Below, piece after piece: positions 57,079 to 64,000 of a stretch of DNA of 64,000 nucleotides. The stretch comes from Defluviitaleaceae bacterium. GTDB lineage: Bacteria; Bacillota; Clostridia; Lachnospirales; WRAX01. The stretch's first letter is position 1, and the number at the start of each line of letters is the position of its first letter. Made by a program: the position numbers and the translations under genes. The DNA is taken from positions 2,926 through 66,925 of the forward strand of contig WQWB01000002.1 in NCBI GenBank assembly GCA_009785555.1, read 5' to 3'. The notes beneath the pieces are model-generated. The model did no database searches and was not told the origin of the DNA. It saw nothing but the letters and a program-made list of their open reading frames with translations.

Positions 57079-58230
57079 ATGCAAATAAAATCTATAAAAA
57101 CCAGCAACTTCCGAAACCTGGCAAGTGAAACCATACACTTTGGCAAAGGGTTAAACATCATACAAGGCAAAAACGGCCAGGGTAAGACAAACCTGCTTGA
57201 GGCCGTCTATTTTTCTGCAACCGCCCACAGCCACCGCACCGGCCAAGCAGTTGACATGATAAACACCAATGCAGATATAAATACTACCCCCGATCAAAAC
57301 ACCATTGTGGACGAGTCCACCGTCGAAACCATAATTATCCGCGATAACGGCGGTTATAAAGATAAAATTAATTCGGTCATCCGAAGAAAAGGGCGCAGCG
57401 GCGCGGCACGGCTTGCCGCTGTAAACGGCCTAGGTATCAGCAAACTCGGCGACTTAATGGGTGTGCTTTATACGGTTATGTTCAGCCCGGAGGATTTAGG
57501 CCTGATAAAGGCGGGTCCAGCCGAACGCCGCCGCTTTATGGATATGGAGCTGTGCCAGATAAACGCCCTGTATTATCACAACCTCAACCAATACCACAAA
57601 ACACTGAAGCAGCGCAACGCCTTGCTTAAATACATGAAACGCAGCACAAGCCACGACCTTACCGCACTTGATGTGTGGGATGAACAGCTGAGCATTTACG
57701 GTGAGGCCATCCATGTAAGCCGCAACGCCTACATAAACGAAATATCCCAGCTGGCAGAAAGGATACATAAGGAACTGTGCGGCGAGGAATTTAGTGCCAT
57801 TTACAAACCCTCCGCAATGCGTGGCGAGCTTGGAGATAGGCTGCGTAAAAGCCGTACGCGCGACATTGCCACGGGTACGACAACTGTCGGTATCCATAAG
57901 GATGATATTTTATTCACGGTAAACGGCGTGGATTCTCGCATTTACGCGTCGCAAGGGCAAAGCCGCACCGCTGCGTTGGCCGTTAAACTTGCCGAGGCCG
58001 CCTTCATCCGCCACGAAAAATATGAAAACCCCGTCCTATTGCTGGACGACGTGATGAGCGAGCTTGACCCGTACCGACAGGCACAGCTGTACGAGCGCAT
58101 CGACGGCTTACAAACCCTAGTTACAGTCGCGACGGATGAAAGCGGCGGCGGCATTATCTCCCCCGCAAATATAACTGATGTTAAGTATTTTATCGTATCC
58201 CGCGGAATTGTTGATGAAGTTATAAAATAA
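57079..58230 (+). CDS. recF: DNA replication/repair protein RecF
   Basis: NFRN, GKNGQGKTNLLEA, FSPEDL, RRRFMD, QRNALLK, GIHKDD, SQGQSRT, LLLDDVMSELD. Confidence 0.96.
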   Translation: MQIKSIKTSNFRNLASETIHFGKGLNIIQGKNGQGKTNLLEAVYFSATAHSHRTGQAVDMINTNADINTTPDQNTIVDESTVETIIIRDNGGYKDKINSVIRRKGRSGAARLAAVNGLGISKLGDLMGVLYTVMFSPEDLGLIKAGPAERRRFMDMELCQINALYYHNLNQYHKTLKQRNALLKYMKRSTSHDLTALDVWDEQLSIYGEAIHVSRNAYINEISQLAERIHKELCGEEFSAIYKPSAMRGELGDRLRKSRTRDIATGTTTVGIHKDDILFTVNGVDSRIYASQGQSRTAALAVKLAEAAFIRHEKYENPVLLLDDVMSELDPYRQAQLYERIDGLQTLVTVATDESGGGIISPANITDVKYFIVSRGIVDEVIK

Positions 58231-58233
58231 AAA

Positions 58234-58260
58234 GTAGGGGCGGCAATTTGCCGCCCCTAC
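58234..58260. repeat. Perfect GTAG...CTAC palindrome (REP-like) between convergent genes
   Basis: gtaggggcggcaa-t-ttgccgcccctac. Confidence 0.8.
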
Positions 58261-58607
58261 ACTAAATATCTTACCGCCCGGCACGAAGCTGCGACTTGCG
58301 CACCTCCTCCTCCCGCTGGCGTATCGGTATACAGAAATCTATCTGCAACTTTCCGCCGAGCATAGGTCTCAAACCCGTACTCCATCGCGCAATCAATTAC
58401 CTTCATTCCGCAGGATAAATCATGCAGGGCATAATTCAGTTTACGCCAGATTACGTAAGACATCACCGATGTACCGATAATACGGCTGAAATGAGGAACA
58501 GAATAACCTGCGGCATCCGCTATCACCAACGCGTTCATTTCATCCTTAATATTATATTCAATAAAATCCAGCGCATTTTGTAACGCTTCGGCATGATTCA
58601 TAATCAT
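58257..58607 (-). pseudogene. Truncated AraC-family regulator
   Basis: ALDFIEYNI..AGYSVPHFSR..YVIWRKL..AMEYGFET then loses similarity within the second HTH. Confidence 0.65.
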
Positions 58608-58730
58608 CACCTGCTTTCTTACCATTTAGCTCAACCATATTCCCTTAGGTTATTTAGAGTATATCACAGTTTAATGAAAACCTTATCCTAGAATGCTACA
58701 TTTTTAATAATATACCCAAAGGAGCTTTGC

Positions 58731-59630
58731 ATGAACACCAAAGATATACAAACAATACCGGCAAAATCCATTATATACAAAACGCAAAGCCCGAGCGCAT
58801 GGTTTGGGGTTGACTACAATATGAACATTTACCGCGGTTGCCCCCACGGCTGCATTTACTGCGATAGCAGAAGCGACTGCTTCCAAAACAAAGATTTCAA
58901 TACGGTAACGGTTAAAGAGAATGCCTTACGCATCATCCGCGACGATCTTAAGCGTAAGGTTAAAACGGGCGTGGTCGGCACGGGCGCGATGAGCGACCCG
59001 TACAACCCCGTGGAGCGGGAATTGAGGCTGACACGCAACTCGTTGGAGTTACTGAACGCCTTCGGTTTCGGCGCGTCCATCGTTACGAAATCGTCGCTGA
59101 TTACGCGTGATATTGATGTGTTACAAGATATCCAGACCCATTCGCCGACGATAGTGAAGCTCTCCATCACCACGGCGGACGATAACTTGAGCCGCCAACT
59201 GGAGCCATGCGCGTCCGTAACATCCGAAAGGTTTGAGGCTTTGCATACACTTTCCGAAAGCGGTGTTTTCTGCGGCGTGTTCATTATCCCAATGCTGCCA
59301 TACATCACCGACAGCGCGGACAATCTTGTGCAATTGCTCCGCATGGCAAAAAACGCCGGAGCTAAATTCGTTTATACTTACATGGGCATGACGCTAAGAC
59401 CCGGCAGCCGTGAATATTATTATGAGCACCTCGACAAAATTTTACCAGGCACAAAGGAGAAATACATAAAACGCTACGGCCTGCGGAAACATTGCCAGTC
59501 ACCAAATTCAAAAAAATTATGGGGCGTGTTGGCGGAAGAATGTGAGAGGTTGGGGCTGTTGTATGATATGAAAGCCATTACGTTTTATTATAAATCCGTT
59601 TATGCGAATAGGCAGTTGACATTTTTGTAA
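58731..59630 (+). CDS. Radical SAM protein (SplB-like/Rv2578c family)
   Basis: NIYRGCPHGCIYCDSRS, MSDPY, TKS.L..RD, LEP. Confidence 0.88.
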   Translation: MNTKDIQTIPAKSIIYKTQSPSAWFGVDYNMNIYRGCPHGCIYCDSRSDCFQNKDFNTVTVKENALRIIRDDLKRKVKTGVVGTGAMSDPYNPVERELRLTRNSLELLNAFGFGASIVTKSSLITRDIDVLQDIQTHSPTIVKLSITTADDNLSRQLEPCASVTSERFEALHTLSESGVFCGVFIIPMLPYITDSADNLVQLLRMAKNAGAKFVYTYMGMTLRPGSREYYYEHLDKILPGTKEKYIKRYGLRKHCQSPNSKKLWGVLAEECERLGLLYDMKAITFYYKSVYANRQLTFL

Positions 59631-59714
59631 GATGTAAACAACCATGAAAAGTACGAAACACGTGAAATACGCACCGTCAATTATACTTGCAGCGAAACCC
59701 GTAGCGGCTCGCAC

Positions 59715-59751
59715 CGTCATTGCAGATTAACTCCCAGTTGATCCGCAATCT
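59715..59751. repeat. CGTC-type repeat, stand-alone copy
   Basis: cgtcattgcagattaactcccagttgatccgcaatct shares both ends with 32572-32645. Confidence 0.7.
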
Positions 59752-59772
59752 TATACATCAAACGATTAAACC

Positions 59773-59801
59773 TTGACATTTCTACTTTTTCTATATAAAC
59801 T
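59773..59801 (+). promoter_or_regulatory. Sigma-A promoter of cmk
   Basis: TTGACA-17 nt-TAAACT. Confidence 0.65.
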
Positions 59802-59818
59802 ATATCATGGTGATGTAT

Positions 59819-60508
59819 ATGAATCAAATTTTAACCCCTACCCAAATAGCAATAGACGGCCCGTCTGGCGCAGGCAAATCTACGGTTGCGCGCCTTGTTG
59901 CAGAGCGTGCCGGTTTTTTCTACGTAGATTCCGGTGCGGTTTACCGTGCCGTCGCATTGGCTTATTATAATCATTGCGACGATTTAGGCTCTGTAACGGA
60001 TGAAATACTTACCGATATTTTAAGCCGCACCGAAATAATTGTACAAAACTCACAAAATACGCAAAAAACCATTCTAAACGGCAAAGACGTTATGGATACA
60101 ATTCGCACGCCGAAGATAGCCATGGCGGCGTCCGCGCTAGCCGCATACACGCCCGTACGCCGATTCGTTACGGATACAGTGCGTACAGTCGCCGCCAAGG
60201 AAAGCGTAGTGATAGACGGGCGAGACATCGGCACGAAAGTTTTGCCTAACGCAAACCTTAAGATATACCTGGACGCAAGCCCGGAAATACGCGCACGGCG
60301 ACGGTTTGACGAACTGCAGGCAGCTGGCAAGAACGTGGTGTACAGTGATGTACTGAACGACGTAATCACGCGCGACCACAACGACTCCACCCGCGCTCTG
60401 GATCCGCTCCGCAAGGCGAACGATGCCGTTACCCTCCTTACGGACAACCTCACCATTAACGATGTTATCGATAAAATTCTGTCCCATCTAAAGGAAATTA
60501 CGGCTTAA
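59819..60508 (+). CDS. cmk: Cytidylate kinase
   Basis: IAIDGPSGAGKST, DSGAVYRA, DGRDIGTKVLPNA, RDHNDSTR..PL. Confidence 0.96.
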   Translation: MNQILTPTQIAIDGPSGAGKSTVARLVAERAGFFYVDSGAVYRAVALAYYNHCDDLGSVTDEILTDILSRTEIIVQNSQNTQKTILNGKDVMDTIRTPKIAMAASALAAYTPVRRFVTDTVRTVAAKESVVIDGRDIGTKVLPNANLKIYLDASPEIRARRRFDELQAAGKNVVYSDVLNDVITRDHNDSTRALDPLRKANDAVTLLTDNLTINDVIDKILSHLKEITA

Positions 60509-60624
60509 TTCACGTAAACACTTGCGTATAGTTGATAAACATGTGGACACCCCAATTATAGCCTATACGGAAATAAAATATTATAACTACAGACAATTTA
60601 TACTAAACACGAAGGAAGCATGTT

Positions 60625-61125
60625 ATGATGCAAATTAAAACAACGCCATTAGAAATACTTGCAAATCTGTCAATTGAACAGCTTGACTTGGCAAAACAGT
60701 TTGTTGACTTAGGAATACGATTAAACTGCTCGGTTAACGTCAAGCACTACCCCAAAGATAAAACATGGAAGTGTAAATTTACAACAAAGAAACCAAAAAA
60801 AAATCTCTTATGTACATTATGGATCACAGACTCGCATGAATGGCTCGTTCAGTTACGTTTATTTAATATTCACACATTTATCGAACTTGTTCAAACACGC
60901 TCCGAAAATGTTAAAAATATCATTAAAAGCCATGGCGGGAGTTGCACAGGGTGCAACAACGATTGCGGACGTGTTGACGATTTTTGCCTAGATAATGTTA
61001 CATACAATAAATGCTGTATGTGCAATTATGTGTTTAAGAATTTATCTGCAAGCGACTGGGTAAGCGTATTGGAAATTATGGAAGTAGAACACCGGATGAT
61101 AACGAGTGAAGTTGCAAAACCGTAG
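60625..61125 (+). CDS. Hypothetical Cys-rich protein inserted between cmk and plsC
   Basis: 166 aa, AT-richer than neighbours; CTGCNNDC..KCCMC. Confidence 0.65.
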   Translation: MMQIKTTPLEILANLSIEQLDLAKQFVDLGIRLNCSVNVKHYPKDKTWKCKFTTKKPKKNLLCTLWITDSHEWLVQLRLFNIHTFIELVQTRSENVKNIIKSHGGSCTGCNNDCGRVDDFCLDNVTYNKCCMCNYVFKNLSASDWVSVLEIMEVEHRMITSEVAKP

Positions 61126-61325
61126 ATAATAAGCATTATACGCAACTATTGGATTGCTTCGCTACGCTCGCAATAGACTTTGTAAAAGTGGTCACAGACC
61201 GCCTCTACAAAAGTATTTCGCTACAAGTTTAATGACGGCGCGGCAACTTCGCCTTATAAACAAACTATGCGAAATTCATTATATCGCAATAGAACATTTT
61301 AAATATCGTGATGAAAGGTGTACTT

Positions 61326-61898
61326 ATGCTCTACACAATCGGCAAGCCTTTAACATTTTTGTTCTATAAGTTGTTTTTCCGGGCTTCTGTTACGGGAAAC
61401 AAAAATATCCCGAAGGACGGCGCTGTGCTTCTCTGCGTAAACCACCTAAGCAACCACGACCCACTCCTCCTAGGTACTTTTACCAAGCGGCGCATCCATT
61501 TTATGGCAAAGGAGGAGCTTTTCCGTATGCCCATTATCAGGCAAATGGTCCGAAGCCTCGGCGCGTTCCCCGTTGACCGCAACAACCCCGGTCAGGCCAG
61601 CTTTAAAGCAGGTATGGAAATACTATCGGCCGGTAAAGTCCTATCCGTCTTCCCCCAAGGCCGCCGTTTTGCGGAGATACGCAAGGAGGACGCAAAGCCC
61701 GGTGTTTCCCTCTTCGCCCTCAAAAGCGATGCGGTCGTCATACCTGTAAAGATCGCGCCGCAATACAAAATCTTCCGTAAAACCAGGATAATTATCGGAA
61801 AGCCAATAGACCTATCCGCACACCGTACGGACAAGCCGAAGTCCGATACGTTAAAAGCCGTTACAGATCTAATTATGGAAAAGATAATGGAGTTATAA
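61326..61898 (+). CDS. plsC: 1-acyl-sn-glycerol-3-phosphate acyltransferase
   Basis: NHLSNHD, FMAKEELF, GAFPVDR, FPQGRR. Confidence 0.9.
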   Translation: MLYTIGKPLTFLFYKLFFRASVTGNKNIPKDGAVLLCVNHLSNHDPLLLGTFTKRRIHFMAKEELFRMPIIRQMVRSLGAFPVDRNNPGQASFKAGMEILSAGKVLSVFPQGRRFAEIRKEDAKPGVSLFALKSDAVVIPVKIAPQYKIFRKTRIIIGKPIDLSAHRTDKPKSDTLKAVTDLIMEKIMEL

Positions 61899-61901
61899 CT
61901 T

Positions 61902-62789
61902 ATGCCGGAGATAAGAATTGCAGCGTCCGCCGGGTTTTGCTTCGGCGTAGGGAGGATTGTTAATGCCGTTAAAAAGCTGTCCGATAAACACGGCGGCGGC
62001 ATCTACACCATCGGCCCAGTTATCCATAACAAAGCCGTCGTGGCGGAACTGGAAGAACTCGGCATCCGTTCCGTAGCCGATGTTTCCGAACTAAAAACCA
62101 TCCCACGCGACAAGATAAAAGCCGTCGTCATCCGCTCACATGGTGTGCCGCCTCACTTAACACGCGAGTTATGTGAATGCGGTTATAATCTATATGACTA
62201 CACCTGCCCCGACGTTGCAAAAGTACAGAAATCGGCTGCCAATGCGGGCAAAAACGGCTACGGCCTGATCATAGCTGGCGACAAAAACCACCCGGAGATC
62301 ATAGGCATACGTGGTTTTTACGAAGAACACGGAAGGCAAGCGATAATCGTTGCAAACGAGCGCGAGGCATCCGACTCTATCTTCCCCGATACCGTTAAAT
62401 ACGACTTTATCGCGCAGACGACGTTTGACGCAGAGGAGTACGGCCATATCGAATACATACTCAACCACAAGCACATAAACTTCACCACGCACCAAACTTT
62501 GTGCCGAGGCACGACAACACGCTACACCGAAGCTAAAAAACTTGCAAAGACATGCGATATTATGCTTGTTCTGGGTGATAAAAACAGCAGCAATACCCGC
62601 AAACTCTTTGAAATTTGCGAGCGCGAAAATAAAAACACTTTTTTTATTGAAAATTTGTATAAAATTGATAAAAAGTTATTGAAATTCTTGAAGGAATCTG
62701 ATATGATTATTGGAGTTACGGCAGGAGCGTCCACACCGCCTGCCATGATGCAGAAAATCAGAGAACAGATACTAGAACTTAGAGTCTAG
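61902..62789 (+). CDS. ispH: 4-hydroxy-3-methylbut-2-enyl diphosphate reductase
   Basis: AGFCFGV, IHN, IRSHGV, TCPDV, HPE, QTT, TLC, SSNT.KL, GVTAGASTP. Confidence 0.95.
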   Translation: MPEIRIAASAGFCFGVGRIVNAVKKLSDKHGGGIYTIGPVIHNKAVVAELEELGIRSVADVSELKTIPRDKIKAVVIRSHGVPPHLTRELCECGYNLYDYTCPDVAKVQKSAANAGKNGYGLIIAGDKNHPEIIGIRGFYEEHGRQAIIVANEREASDSIFPDTVKYDFIAQTTFDAEEYGHIEYILNHKHINFTTHQTLCRGTTTRYTEAKKLAKTCDIMLVLGDKNSSNTRKLFEICERENKNTFFIENLYKIDKKLLKFLKESDMIIGVTAGASTPPAMMQKIREQILELRV

Positions 62790-62820
62790 TATCTGCTTCT
62801 AGTATGTAGGAGGAACACGA

Positions 62821-64000
62821 ATGAGTGAAATCAACCAAACCCCAAGCGTAGACAGCTTTGAAAGCATGCTTGAAGGCGTAAACATGACGCTGCGCACCGG
62901 GGAAACCGTTAGGGGCAAAGTCATCAAGGTGTCAAACGGCGAAGTTTATGTAGACTTGGGCTACAAGTCCGACGGTATCATCCAAAAGGGTGAATATTCC
63001 GACGACCCAGGCAAAGACCCAACAAGCGAACTTAAGCCCGGCGACGAGATTGATGTCTATGTCACCCGGGTAAACGACGGAGAAGGCAATGTTCTCCTCT
63101 CCCGCAAGCGCGCGGAAGGAAGGAAGAACATGCTTGACCTCGAGGCTGCTTTCAAAAACGGCACGCCTATGCCCGGCACGATTACGGAAATCATCAAAGG
63201 AGGTTGCATAGCTCTTATCAATGGCGTAAGAACATTTGTGCCCTCCTCGCAAGTTGCGCACCGCTTTATTTCCGATTTATCTGAACTTAAGGACAAAGAG
63301 TTCAACTTCATGATCCTGGAGTTTGACAAAAAGGCCAAACGCATAATCGCCGGCCGCCGTGACCTTGCCGCCAAAGAGATCGAAGAAGCCAAAGAGAAGG
63401 CCTTCTCAACGATCCGCGAGGGTGACCGGATCACCGGCAAAGTCAGCCGCATCACTCGTTTCGGCGCGTTCGTTGATTTGGGCAGCGTAGACGGTCTTAT
63501 CCACGTTTCCGAGCTCAGCTGGGGTCGCATCCGCCGCGTAACCGACGCGGTTAAGGAAGGCGACACGGTGGAAGTCGTAGTAGTTGGCATCGATATGGAA
63601 AAAGGCAAAATCTCCCTTTCACTCCGCGGCGTATCGGAAGATCCGTGGGCAAATATTGAGGAAAGGCTACCTATCGGCTCTATCGTTGACGGTAAGGTCG
63701 CACGCATCACAAGTTTTGGTGCGTTCGTTCAAATTGAGGAAGGCATTGATGGGCTTGTGCATATCTCCCAAGTTGCCGGCCGCCACATTGATAAAGTGGA
63801 GGACGAGCTTAAAGTCGGTCAGGATATCAAGGTTAAAGTCACCAATATCGACATTGAGAAAAAACGCGTCAGCCTTTCCAAGAAAATCGCCGATAACGAA
63901 ATCTACTTCGATTACTTGGACGATGAGGAATATTTCGACGAACACGATTTCTACGAAGGCGACGATGAATTTGTCGAAGAAGTTACCGTAGAAGCAACAG
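62821..64000 (+). CDS. rpsA: 30S ribosomal protein S1 (runs off right edge)
   Basis: Manual reading from ATG 62821 after AGGAGG: VDLGYKSDG, FVPSSQ, FGAFVDLGSVDGLIHVSELSW, FGAFVQIEEGIDGLVHISQ; follows cmk-plsC-ispH. Confidence 0.93.
   Translation, partial: MSEINQTPSVDSFESMLEGVNMTLRTGETVRGKVIKVSNGEVYVDLGYKSDGIIQKGEYSDDPGKDPTSELKPGDEIDVYVTRVNDGEGNVLLSRKRAEGRKNMLDLEAAFKNGTPMPGTITEIIKGGCIALINGVRTFVPSSQVAHRFISDLSELKDKEFNFMILEFDKKAKRIIAGRRDLAAKEIEEAKEKAFSTIREGDRITGKVSRITRFGAFVDLGSVDGLIHVSELSWGRIRRVTDAVKEGDTVEVVVVGIDMEKGKISLSLRGVSEDPWANIEERLPIGSIVDGKVARITSFGAFVQIEEGIDGLVHISQVAGRHIDKVEDELKVGQDIKVKVTNIDIEKKRVSLSKKIADNEIYFDYLDDEEYFDEHDFYEGDDEFVEEVTVEAT

Noticed and set aside
61902-64000. ispH and rpsA as a broken fusion gene
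   Set aside because: rpsA has its own strong RBS and start, and unfused arrangements are ordinary.

Overview
A 64-kb chromosomal window from a spore-forming clostridial Firmicute, judged from SLH proteins, noc, rny and the TIGR03960/TIGR03936-rng block. A parS match, mnmG-rsmG-noc and recF suggest it may be near the origin. The left ~9.8 kb is a visibly AT-richer accessory island abutting the 3' end of a GMP-synthase gene. It carries a minus-strand operon headed by a consensus sigma-A promoter, a ~190-nt leader and a LoaP-type antiterminator. Four ADP-heptose-pathway genes follow (HldE-type kinase, GmhA, GmhB, HldD), then a BtrH-like protein, a thiolase, an acyl carrier protein, a carbamoyltransferase and an ORF running off the left edge. 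This is the best candidate for an undescribed system: a pathway to an acylated, carbamoylated heptose-containing metabolite or glycan. The rest is mostly housekeeping and surface-protein genes, with three small dispersed repeat families. (1) GTAG-type REPs supply stop codons, form tandem arrays and sit in frame inside mnmG. (2) A ~147-bp three-hairpin MITE-like element has TA-flanked inverted ends. (3) CGTC-type repeats bracket a small GIY-YIG nuclease gene in inverted orientation. An Hsp70-vWA fusion and a split SLH/Ig-repeat gene are also present. I recognised no rRNA, tRNA or CRISPR array. All calls come from reading motifs by eye, without database searches.
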